58,277 bases of DNA from Flavobacteriales bacterium. Lineage in GTDB: Bacteria; Bacteroidota; Bacteroidia; Flavobacteriales_F; PHOS-HE28. The notes below the pieces were generated by a model. It worked only from the letters and a program-made list of their open reading frames with translations. It was not told the DNA's origin and made no database searches. This document shows, piece after piece, positions 18,784-26,809 of the stretch (the stretch's first letter is position 1; every line of letters begins with the position of its first letter). The translations under genes and the position numbers were made by a program. The DNA is taken from contig DASWWQ010000030.1 of assembly GCA_036405935.1 (NCBI GenBank), positions 1-58,277 of the forward strand. The letters are read 5' to 3'.

Positions 18784-19530
18784 ATGAAGCCATCCCGTCT
18801 CGTTCGTCGCGCCATCGAACGCCTCACCGGTGTTCATCTGCTGCGCTACCTTCCGCATGGGTTGGACGTTTTCCGCGACATCCGCACCTCGCTTCCGGGC
18901 CATCGCATGCACACCTTCCTGGATGTCGGGGCCAACAACGGACAGTCCGCCTTGCTCTACGCGGAAACCCATCCAAAAGCGGAGATCCATTCCTTCGAGC
19001 CCGTGGCCGCCACCTTCGACCTGCTGGTGCGCAACACGCGTGCGGAGGAGCGCATCCATTGCCACCGCTACGCACTCGGCTCCTCCACGGGGCAGGCACG
19101 CATGTCCAGCATGGGCACGGACCGGATGAACCGGATCCTCGGTGCCGAAGCCGCGGCCGAACAGGTGGAGGTGATGCCGATGATCACCTTGGACGATTTC
19201 CTCGCACAACGGAGGATCGAGCGGGTGAGCTACCTGAAGATCGATACGGAAGGACATGATCTGGAAGTGCTGGAAGGGGCTTCCGGAGCACTGCGTGACC
19301 AACGCATCGACCTGGTGGAACTGGAGGCGGGCATGAACCCCCACAACACCTTCCATGTGCCGTTCCACGAACTCGCCGTACGCATGGCGCAGGACGGCTA
19401 TGCGCTGTTCGGCATCTACCATCAGACGCACGAGTGGAAGACCCGCTCACCCCAGATGCGCCGGTGCGATCCGGTCTTCCTTTCGAAGCGGATGATGAAG
19501 CAGTATGAAGGCACGATGGCGCCGATCTGA
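18784..19530 (+). CDS. FkbM family methyltransferase
   Basis: FLDVGANNGQSALLYAETHPKAEIHSFEPVAATFDLL...ITLDDFL...VSYLKIDTEGHDLEVLEGA is the FkbM (Methyltransf_21) pattern. ATG at 18784. Confidence 0.85.
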   Translation: MKPSRLVRRAIERLTGVHLLRYLPHGLDVFRDIRTSLPGHRMHTFLDVGANNGQSALLYAETHPKAEIHSFEPVAATFDLLVRNTRAEERIHCHRYALGSSTGQARMSSMGTDRMNRILGAEAAAEQVEVMPMITLDDFLAQRRIERVSYLKIDTEGHDLEVLEGASGALRDQRIDLVELEAGMNPHNTFHVPFHELAVRMAQDGYALFGIYHQTHEWKTRSPQMRRCDPVFLSKRMMKQYEGTMAPI

Positions 19531-19576
19531 GGCACAGGAGACGTTCGGTGCGCGCACCGCGTCGAGTTCGGGGAAC

Positions 19577-20533
19577 ATGTCCACCAACACCACGCTCACC
19601 TGCCGGATCTGCGGACGAACCGAGGGCCACCGCACCTTCACGGCCCGGGAAAGGATGCTGGGTCTTGGCCACACCTTCACCTACCTGGAGTGCGCCGCCT
19701 GCCGCAGCCTGCAGCTCCTCGACCCACCCGACGACCTTTCGCCCTATTACCCCGCAGGTTACTACTCCTACTCCACCGTCGCCGCAGGCGTTCGTTCCTC
19801 TTGGAAGGATCGGCTGCGGGATCGGGCGATGCGCGCACTGTTGCGCCACCGCTCCGGGCGCTTCGATGCTGCGGGATGGGCCATTGCCCAGCTTTCCGAT
19901 GCCTTCTCCTGGGTGCGGCCGGGCCTGCTGCATGATCGCTCGCGCATCCTCGACGTGGGCTGCGGAAACGGTGCCCTTCTGCTATTGCTGCAACGCTGCG
20001 GCTGCACCGACCTCACCGGCGTGGACCCCTTCATCGCAACGGACATCGTGCACCCCGGTGGTATCCGGATCCACAAGCAGGAGCTGGCGCAGCACGAAGG
20101 CGCGTACGACCTGATCATCCTCAGCCATGCCTTCGAACACATGCCGGATCCCTTGTCGATGATGGTACGGATCCGCGAACACCTGAAGCCGGGAGGACGG
20201 GCGGTGATCCGCATCCCCGTGGCGGACTGCTTCGCTTGGAAGCACTACGGCACGCATTGGGTCCAGCTGGATGCACCGCGCCACTTCTTCCTGCATACAC
20301 CGGCAAGCATGCGCCTGCTCGCCGAACGCAGCGGGTTGGTGCTCGAGCATCAGCGGTACGATTCCACCGCCTTCCAGTTCATCGGCAGCGAGAAGTACCT
20401 CAAAGGACTCCCCTTGGATGCGCCCGACCCCACGATTACGCCGGCCCGCATAAAGGCTTTCGCGAAGCAGGCGAAGGAATTGAACCGGACCGGGGCAGGC
20501 GATACGATGAGCTTCTATCTGGCCCGTGCTTGA
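19577..20533 (+). CDS. class I SAM-dependent methyltransferase with N-terminal 4-Cys zinc ribbon
   Basis: CRICG...ECAACRS zinc-ribbon pattern, then ILDVGCGNGALLLLLQRCG (motif I), YDLIILSHAFEHMPDP and LKPGGRAVIRIPV. Confidence 0.8.
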   Translation: MSTNTTLTCRICGRTEGHRTFTARERMLGLGHTFTYLECAACRSLQLLDPPDDLSPYYPAGYYSYSTVAAGVRSSWKDRLRDRAMRALLRHRSGRFDAAGWAIAQLSDAFSWVRPGLLHDRSRILDVGCGNGALLLLLQRCGCTDLTGVDPFIATDIVHPGGIRIHKQELAQHEGAYDLIILSHAFEHMPDPLSMMVRIREHLKPGGRAVIRIPVADCFAWKHYGTHWVQLDAPRHFFLHTPASMRLLAERSGLVLEHQRYDSTAFQFIGSEKYLKGLPLDAPDPTITPARIKAFAKQAKELNRTGAGDTMSFYLARA

Positions 20534-20566
20534 AGCACGATCGGGTTTTCCGCCTAGATTCACGGT

Positions 20567-22165
20567 ATGAGCACCACCATGCACACCCTCCTCCGCGGGA
20601 CCTTGGTCACCGCCACGCTCGCCCTGCTCCAGCAATGCGATGGACAGGACCTCGTCCAGCGTTCCGTTGAAGGTCTGGGCACGATCTCCAAGCTGGTGAG
20701 CCTGAGCGATGGATCGATCGCGTTCCGTGATGAGACCGTTCCCAACCAGTGGGTCATCCGCCACTACGATCCCGACCTCCAGGCCGATTGGGCATTCGTT
20801 GCTCCTACGCCCTCCCTCTATTTGTCCCGTGGCCTGAACGGCAGCCTCCACCTCTGCGAGGACACCATCGGCCTCACGACCTTCCCGCCCACCCCCTTGG
20901 TACACTCGATCATCCGGACGTTGGACGCCAGCGGTACGATCACGAGCTCGCGGGTATACACGGTCGACGTCTTTCCCCTTGACCCGTTCGGTTCCCAGCT
21001 GACGGGGCCATTGAAGGTCGATGCCCAAGGAAATTCCTTCTGGTCATGGAACACCGGTAGCTCCGGTCGGCGCCTGATCGCGAAGATCAACAGTGCCGGC
21101 ATCCCGCAATGGGCCGTCTCCTTTGAGTACTTCTATGCGAACTTGCTGGTACCGGACGGACTCGGCGGTTGCTATCTCGCTGAGAGCAATCCAACGCTGT
21201 CGACCGAAACCCGGATAGCGCACCTCGATGCGGATGGCGGGCTTTCCTTCTTCAAGAAATACGCCTATTCCACGGGCCATTCATTGTATGCGCAGACCAT
21301 TCAGCTCGTGGATGGGGAACTGTGGGTCTTTCTTGCACATGAGGGACCGGTCTCCGTGCTGCGTTTGGGAGTGGAGGGGCAACCGCTGGGCAGCCACTTG
21401 TACACGCTAGGGCCTTCCACCCACCTTTTCCTCGATCAGGCCGGCCGCACATCCGAAGGTCGCACGCTGCTGGTGGGTGCGGTGAGCGGGTCCAGGAGCC
21501 TCTTGATCGAACTGAACGACGATGGAACGGTTTCGACCGCGGCCGGCTGGCCGACCACAACGACCAATGGATACCAGACCAGCACCTCCTTGGCCGCATC
21601 CGAGGTGGCCCCTGAAGCGGCCTATTGCATTGGACAACATCGGTCGGAGAACCTGGCTTTCGAGATCACGGAAACCACCCCTTTCCTCTGGAGGATCCCA
21701 TCGACCCCGCAAAGCGGCTGTGGTGCCACGCCGATGGAGGTGAGCACGATGGAGCTTGAGGCTTCGCAGATCTCGAGCGAGGATCTTCCGCTGCCCCTCA
21801 CCACGCACTACATCACCATGTCGGACCATATCGATCCCTTGGTCGCAGCCACGACGTTTCCCTCCGCCGACTACTGCTCCTTGGTCACCGGTGTGGAGGA
21901 CGTATCCTCCACACTCCCCGAAAGCCTGATCACGCTGAACGGCAATGCGCTCCGCTCCGGCGATGCACTCACCTTGCGGACCCATGCGGCAGGTAGCTTC
22001 TTCGTGACGGACGCCACCGGCCGGATGGTGGTGGGCACACGACCCTCCGCGGCATCCGCCGCGCATCAGGTGACGACGGAAGGGTTGGCCGCCGGGCTCT
22101 TCCACGTGACCTTCATCACGCAGGACGGTCGCAGGCAGAGTCTTCCTTTCGTGGTAGCGGAATAA
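20567..22165 (+). CDS. secreted hypothetical protein with T9SS type A C-terminal sorting domain
   Basis: 532 aa with an N-terminal signal-like segment. The last ~80 aa (LRSGDALTLRTHAAGSFFVTDATGRMVV...TTEGLAAGLFHVTFITQDGRRQSLPFVVAE) fit the Por secretion tail pattern. Confidence 0.65.
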   Translation: MSTTMHTLLRGTLVTATLALLQQCDGQDLVQRSVEGLGTISKLVSLSDGSIAFRDETVPNQWVIRHYDPDLQADWAFVAPTPSLYLSRGLNGSLHLCEDTIGLTTFPPTPLVHSIIRTLDASGTITSSRVYTVDVFPLDPFGSQLTGPLKVDAQGNSFWSWNTGSSGRRLIAKINSAGIPQWAVSFEYFYANLLVPDGLGGCYLAESNPTLSTETRIAHLDADGGLSFFKKYAYSTGHSLYAQTIQLVDGELWVFLAHEGPVSVLRLGVEGQPLGSHLYTLGPSTHLFLDQAGRTSEGRTLLVGAVSGSRSLLIELNDDGTVSTAAGWPTTTTNGYQTSTSLAASEVAPEAAYCIGQHRSENLAFEITETTPFLWRIPSTPQSGCGATPMEVSTMELEASQISSEDLPLPLTTHYITMSDHIDPLVAATTFPSADYCSLVTGVEDVSSTLPESLITLNGNALRSGDALTLRTHAAGSFFVTDATGRMVVGTRPSAASAAHQVTTEGLAAGLFHVTFITQDGRRQSLPFVVAE

Positions 22166-22172
22166 GTGGCGA

Positions 22173-22442
22173 TCAGCCCTGGGCCGAGGAGAACTCCTTC
22201 CAGAAGCCGACGAGCTTCTTGCGGAAGAAGAGGAAGAGCAGCACGTACGGCACGATCATCATGATGATGATGCCCGAGTTCAGGCCGGAACCGATGGCCT
22301 GTTCACCGCCGAAGACATGACCATTGTTCGCCTCGCCCTCGCTCACCACGGCCTTGCACATGCTGCAGCCTTGGGCCAGCAGGTCGGCTGCTCCGCTCGC
22401 GGTCAGCACAAGCAACAGAACAATGGTGCGGAGCGCTTTCAC
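22173..22442 (-). CDS. small (89 aa) CxxC membrane/secreted protein, last gene of the cytochrome oxidase assembly operon
   Basis: The 3' part of track ORF 22173-22826. The GTG at 22442 overlaps the DUF420 stop (GTGA). Sequence is VKALRTIVLLLVLTASGAADLLAQGCSMCKAVVSEGEANNGHVFGGEQAIGSGLNSGIIIMMIVPYVLLFLFFRKKLVGFWKEFSSAQG. The upstream two thirds of the track ORF overlaps DUF420 in another frame. Confidence 0.5.
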   Translation of the reverse strand: MKALRTIVLLLVLTASGAADLLAQGCSMCKAVVSEGEANNGHVFGGEQAIGSGLNSGIIIMMIVPYVLLFLFFRKKLVGFWKEFSSAQG

Positions 22443-23017
22443 GGGACCGAAGTTACCTCCTGCGCCGGGGGTGCGGAGGTCGCATCCGGATAGTACGGGG
22501 CGCACATCAGGTACACCACCACGCCCGTGATGCTCACATAGAGCCAGAGCGGCAAGGTCCAGCGGGCGATGCGACGGTGCTTGTCGAAACGGGCGCTCAG
22601 GGCGCGGGTCAGCGTGATGAGGACCAAGGGCACGATCACCGCCGCCAGCACGATGTGGCTCAGCAGCAGCGGATAGTACAGCCAGGTCAGGGTGCCGCCG
22701 TACTTCACGGAGGGGAAGGTGGCGTGCTGCAGGATGTAGCTGACCAGGAAGAGTGCACTGAGCGCCACGGCGGCCAGCATCAGTCGGCGGTGGCGCACGA
22801 TGTTCTTCCGCAGGATGGCCCCCCACGCCGCGATCAGCACCAAGGAACAGCTGGCGTTGAGCAGGGCGTTCACCTTGGGCAAGGTGCTCGGGGAGAGATC
22901 ACCCAGATCCAGGATGTTGGGACCGAGGTAGAGAAAGGCCACCGCGCCGATCAGGAAGGCGCTGAGGCCCCACACCAATGCGTTGGCCTTCTTCGGGGAA
23001 AGGGCGGTCGAGCTCAT
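22439..23017 (-). CDS. DUF420 domain-containing membrane protein (cytochrome oxidase-associated)
   Basis: 192 aa with multiple TM helices. LPKVNALLNASCSLVLIAAWGAILRKNIVRHRRLM...HIVLAAVIVPLVL...RIARWTLPLWLYVSITGVVVYLM fits DUF420. ATGA overlap with the SCO gene. Confidence 0.85.
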   Translation of the reverse strand: MSSTALSPKKANALVWGLSAFLIGAVAFLYLGPNILDLGDLSPSTLPKVNALLNASCSLVLIAAWGAILRKNIVRHRRLMLAAVALSALFLVSYILQHATFPSVKYGGTLTWLYYPLLLSHIVLAAVIVPLVLITLTRALSARFDKHRRIARWTLPLWLYVSITGVVVYLMCAPYYPDATSAPPAQEVTSVP

Positions 23018-23724
23018 GATCCTTGTGCGGCCTTCTTCTCGGCCTTTTCACGCAAGTGCTCCTCCTTCAGCAGCAGCTTCAGGTCGGACACCAGGCTGTC
23101 CACGCTGGCCGTCACCGTGCCATCGTACATGCCCCGGATGTGGCGTTGTTTGTCCACCAGTACGAAGTGCGGCGAGTGCACGAAATCCTCGGCGGCCGTG
23201 CTGTCCGCGTTCGCGCTGAGCAGGTAGCCCAAGTTGCCTTGCCGGTAGATATCAGGGGCGTTGCCGGTGAGGAAGAACCAGCGGGTGGTATCCGCCTCCC
23301 ACTTGCGGGCATAGCTGCGGAGCACCTCGGGCGTATCGTTCTCGGGGTCCACGGTATGGCTGAGGAAGACCACATCATGGAAGGAATCCTTGTTCAGCTT
23401 GAACTGCAGCTGCTGCATCTGGGCGGTCATCCGCGGGCAGATGCTGGTACAGCGGGTGAAGAAGAAATCCGCGATGATCACCTTGCCGGCCACGGTGCGA
23501 TCGGTGACGGTGCGGCCGTTCTGGTCCGTGAAGGAGAAGGGCGGAACGGTGAAGAAGGTGGTATCGCCGGGGGCGTTCACCTCACGCTCACCGATGTAGG
23601 GCAGCTTCGTGAAGGTGTGCTTGCCCGTCCGCATGAACAGGAAGCCGATGGGCACGATGCCCAACAGGGCGAAAAGGAGCAGAACCTTCTTGCGCTTAGG
23701 GGCCGGTGCGTGCGATGCGCTCAC
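23014..23724 (-). CDS. SCO family copper chaperone (Sco1/SenC)
   Basis: GKVIIADFFFTRCTSICPRMTAQMQQL (CxxxC copper site) and the downstream HSPHFVLVD region. GTGA overlap with coxIV. Confidence 0.9.
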   Translation of the reverse strand: MSASHAPAPKRKKVLLLFALLGIVPIGFLFMRTGKHTFTKLPYIGEREVNAPGDTTFFTVPPFSFTDQNGRTVTDRTVAGKVIIADFFFTRCTSICPRMTAQMQQLQFKLNKDSFHDVVFLSHTVDPENDTPEVLRSYARKWEADTTRWFFLTGNAPDIYRQGNLGYLLSANADSTAAEDFVHSPHFVLVDKQRHIRGMYDGTVTASVDSLVSDLKLLLKEEHLREKAEKKAAQGS

Positions 23725-24092
23725 TGCCAGATCTCCAGGGCCCGATCCACGTAGTTCGCCTCCCAGATCGCAATGAAGATGAGGTAGACGATGAAGAGCG
23801 TATACGGCAGCAGGATGATGCTGCGGATGTTGCGGCGCTCATCACCCAAGTGCATGAACACCACCACGATGTAACCGGCCTTCACCAGCGTGAGGGCGAT
23901 GAAGGCCATCTTCACGAAGTGCCAAGCATGCTCGCCGAACCACATCTTCCAAACGATGCCCAGGCCCACCTCCAAGCAGGTGATCACGGTCAACAGGAGG
24001 GTGACACCCCAGATCTTCTTGCGGATCTTCCGGCCGGCCTCCTCGCTGTGATGGGCGTCGAGGCTGTATTCGATGACGTCGTCGCGTTCCAT
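23721..24092 (-). CDS. cytochrome c oxidase subunit IV family protein
   Basis: 123 aa, three TM helices, IWGVTLLLTVITCLEVGLG...FIALTLVKAGYIVVVFMHL pattern. Confidence 0.8.
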   Translation of the reverse strand: MERDDVIEYSLDAHHSEEAGRKIRKKIWGVTLLLTVITCLEVGLGIVWKMWFGEHAWHFVKMAFIALTLVKAGYIVVVFMHLGDERRNIRSIILLPYTLFIVYLIFIAIWEANYVDRALEIWQ

Positions 24093-24131
24093 TTCAAACC
24101 GCCGTAGCCTTGGCGGAGGCGTTTGTTCGTA

Positions 24132-24989
24132 TCAGACGAGGTAGAAGAAGGTGAAGACAAAGACCCAGACCAGGTCCACGAAGTGCCAGTAAAGACCGGC
24201 CTTCTCCACCATTTCATAGTGGCCGCGGCGGTGGAACACCCCTCGTACCACCATCAGCAGCACGATGAGGTTGATGATCACGCCGCTGAACACGTGGAAA
24301 CCGTGGAACCCGGTGATGAAGAAGAAGAAATTGGCGTACTGGGGCGGACCGTATTCGTTCTCGGTCATGTTGGCGCCGTGCACGTAGTTCACCCGGCTGC
24401 TCCAGATGGCCTGTGCCTCGGCACCTTCCACTTCGTGCTGGACCACCCCGTCCCGGCTCACCACCTCCAACTTGAAGGTCGGGTCCAGGTTGGGATCCAC
24501 CGTCACATGATCGTGGGTGTGCACATGGTACTTCTCGCCGGTGGCCGTGGTGATATAGCCTCCACCGCCATGGATGAAGTGGCTCCACTCCCACGCCTGG
24601 CTTCCCACGAAGAAGGCCCCACCGAGCACGGTGAGGAACAGCCATTTGATCACGCCCTTCTTATCCATCCGATGGCCCGCCTCCACGGCCAGTACCATGG
24701 TCACCGAACTGATGATCAGGATGAAGGTCATCAAGGCCACATAGATCAAGGGGTAGCTTCCGTCCAGACCGGGAAGGGCGCGGAACACCACCTCACCGAT
24801 CGGCCAATCGAGGCCGGGTGCCAGGGCATGGCGGGCGAACCCGTAGGCCACCAGCAATCCGCTGAAGGTCAGGGCATCGGACACCAGGAAGAACCACATC
24901 ATCATCTTCCCGTAGCTGATGCTGAACGGGGAGCGTCCACCGCCCCAAAGGACGTCGTTGCTCATCACTTTACTCGCTTCGCCTGACAT
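24132..24989 (-). CDS. heme-copper oxidase subunit III
   Basis: GKMMMWFFLVSDALTFSGLLVAYGF...FFITGFHGFHVFSGVIINLIVLL...GLYWHFVDLVWVFVFTFFYLV. Start taken at ATG 24989. Confidence 0.85.
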   Translation of the reverse strand: MSGEASKVMSNDVLWGGGRSPFSISYGKMMMWFFLVSDALTFSGLLVAYGFARHALAPGLDWPIGEVVFRALPGLDGSYPLIYVALMTFILIISSVTMVLAVEAGHRMDKKGVIKWLFLTVLGGAFFVGSQAWEWSHFIHGGGGYITTATGEKYHVHTHDHVTVDPNLDPTFKLEVVSRDGVVQHEVEGAEAQAIWSSRVNYVHGANMTENEYGPPQYANFFFFITGFHGFHVFSGVIINLIVLLMVVRGVFHRRGHYEMVEKAGLYWHFVDLVWVFVFTFFYLV

Positions 24990-25012
24990 GGGGGGAATTT
25001 GCGCTGGCAATG

Positions 25013-25738
25013 TTAGTGAACGAACGCCAAGAACAAAAGGATGATCACCCAGAGCGCGGCCAGGAAGTGCCAGTAGAGCACACCGGACCAAAGCCCCACG
25101 TGATCGGCCGGGGAATACCGTTGCAGGAAGGCCATCACGGTCATCACCAACAGGGCGATGAGGCCACCGACGAGGTGGAGCCAGTGGCTGGCCGTGAGCA
25201 CGTAGAAGTAGGAACTGGCCGTGTTCTTGAACTCGTCCATCTCGGCGTTCAACGGTCGGGTGCGACCGGCGTCGCTCGGCAGGAAGTACTCGCCGTCCAC
25301 CTTGTCCAAGGTCACACCTTGGCGCGTGATGGTGTAGTCGGTGCCGTATTCCCCTTGGATGGTCTTGAGGCGCTCCACCAGGGCATAGCCGCTGCGGTAC
25401 AGTTCACCCCAGCCCTTGAACTGGGTGTAGGTGAAGGCCAGGCCCAGGCCCAACGTGACCAGCAGCCAGGTGGCGATCTGCGACGAACGCCCCTTGCGCG
25501 CGGCCCCCAAGGCCAATTGTGCCGTAAGGCTACCCAGAAGGATGATCGCGGTGCTGACCCAGAAGATGGTCGGGATGCGGAAGGTGACCCAATAGTCGAT
25601 GCTGCCCTTGCTCACCACGTAGGCGCTGAAGAACGCCGCGAAGAACATCGCGATGGCGAAGAGCAGGAAAAGGGTGACGTTCCGGCGGGCGCGCATCCGT
25701 GCCAAGCCCTCCTCGGATCGCATCACCGGCTCGCTCAT
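25013..25738 (-). CDS. heme-copper oxidase subunit III family protein (second copy)
   Basis: YFYVLTASHWLHLVGGLIALLVMTV...LYWHFLAALWVIILLFLAFVH. ATGA overlap with cyoE. Confidence 0.8.
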   Translation of the reverse strand: MSEPVMRSEEGLARMRARRNVTLFLLFAIAMFFAAFFSAYVVSKGSIDYWVTFRIPTIFWVSTAIILLGSLTAQLALGAARKGRSSQIATWLLVTLGLGLAFTYTQFKGWGELYRSGYALVERLKTIQGEYGTDYTITRQGVTLDKVDGEYFLPSDAGRTRPLNAEMDEFKNTASSYFYVLTASHWLHLVGGLIALLVMTVMAFLQRYSPADHVGLWSGVLYWHFLAALWVIILLFLAFVH

Positions 25739-26637
25739 GGCAGCTGTTTATCCAGCACGTAGGCCAACTGGGTCAACGGGAGGTAGAGGAAGCTCGAGAA
25801 CATCAGGCGGCGGGCGTCCTTCACGTCCAAGGTGATCATCAGGCGCACGGCCTGCAACAGCATCCACAGACCGAGCACCACGGCCGTGCCCATGCCCCAG
25901 GTACCCACCAGTCCGAACACCCACGGCAGCATACCCACGGGGATCAGGAACAGGGTGTAGAGCAGGGTGAGGAAGGCGCTGTAGCGATCACGACCGCCAC
26001 GCGAAGGCAGCAGGTGGTAGCCGGCCTTGGCGTAATCGTCGTTCAGCACCCAGGCAATGCTCCAGAAGTGGGGGAACTGCCACATGAACTGCATGGCGAA
26101 GAGCAGTCCGGGGCCCAGGCCGAAGGTGCCCGTGGCGGCCACATAACCCATCATCGGCGGGAAAGCTCCGGGGAAAGCCCCAACGAACACCGCCCAAGGG
26201 GTTGATCTCTTCATCGGCGTGTAGAGCGCCACGTACATGAAGAGCGAAAGCAGACCGAGTATGGCGGTGAGGCGGCCGAACACCGACCAGAGCAGCACCA
26301 CCCCCAGTACACCCGCCACCGAGGCGATCACCGTGGCCTCCTTCCCCTGCAAGGAACCCCGCACCAACGGACGGGTGGCGGTGCGGTCCATCAGACTGTC
26401 CGCCTGCACTTCCAGCACTTGGTTGAGGGCATTGGAGGCGCCGGTGACCAACATGCCGGCGAGCGCGAGCAGCAGGGCGTGCACACCGCTGAACTGTCCG
26501 GCGGGGACACCCATCCAATAGCCGAGCACTGCGCTCACCACCACCAAGGAGGTCAGCCGGAGCTTGAACAGGGCCATCACCTCCTTCAGCCAAGCGGCGG
26601 TGCCGATGCGGACGGCGTATGTACCCGGGCGTTCCAA
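25735..26637 (-). CDS. cyoE: protoheme IX farnesyltransferase (heme O synthase)
   Basis: UbiA-family pattern: FKLRLTSLVVVSAVLGYWMG...NALNQVLEVQADSLMDRTATRPLVRG...YTPMKRSTP. The start codon is uncertain (TTG at 26637). Confidence 0.9.
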   Translation of the reverse strand: MERPGTYAVRIGTAAWLKEVMALFKLRLTSLVVVSAVLGYWMGVPAGQFSGVHALLLALAGMLVTGASNALNQVLEVQADSLMDRTATRPLVRGSLQGKEATVIASVAGVLGVVLLWSVFGRLTAILGLLSLFMYVALYTPMKRSTPWAVFVGAFPGAFPPMMGYVAATGTFGLGPGLLFAMQFMWQFPHFWSIAWVLNDDYAKAGYHLLPSRGGRDRYSAFLTLLYTLFLIPVGMLPWVFGLVGTWGMGTAVVLGLWMLLQAVRLMITLDVKDARRLMFSSFLYLPLTQLAYVLDKQLP

Positions 26638-26699
26638 ATCGGCCGCGAAAGTACCATCCGGACGGCAAAGGCAAAAGGCCTCATCGTATGGATGATAGG

Positions 26700-26798
26700 T
26701 TCACCACAGAGGCACAGAGTGCACAGAGCCCCCTACCCCAAAAAAACAGGGACTTGCTCAGTGGAATTTCTCTGTGCCCTCCGTGCCTCTGTGGTGAA
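26700..26798. repeat. MITE-like element: 29-nt imperfect terminal inverted repeats around a 41-nt core
   Basis: The left arm is ttcaccacagaggcacagagtgcacagag (26700-26728). The right arm is ctctgtgccctccgtgcctctgtggtgaa (26770-26798), whose reverse complement matches the left arm at 27 of 29 positions. It is intergenic between the Wzi-like gene stop and the cyoE start. Confidence 0.6.
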
Positions 26799-26809
26799 GG
26801 AAAACCGGT

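Noticed and set aside
22443-22826. 5' two thirds of the 217-aa ORF 22173-22826
   Set aside because: It overlaps the DUF420 gene (22439-23017) in a different frame and translates to Pro/Arg/Ala-rich sequence. Only the last 89 codons, from the GTG at 22442, look like a real protein.
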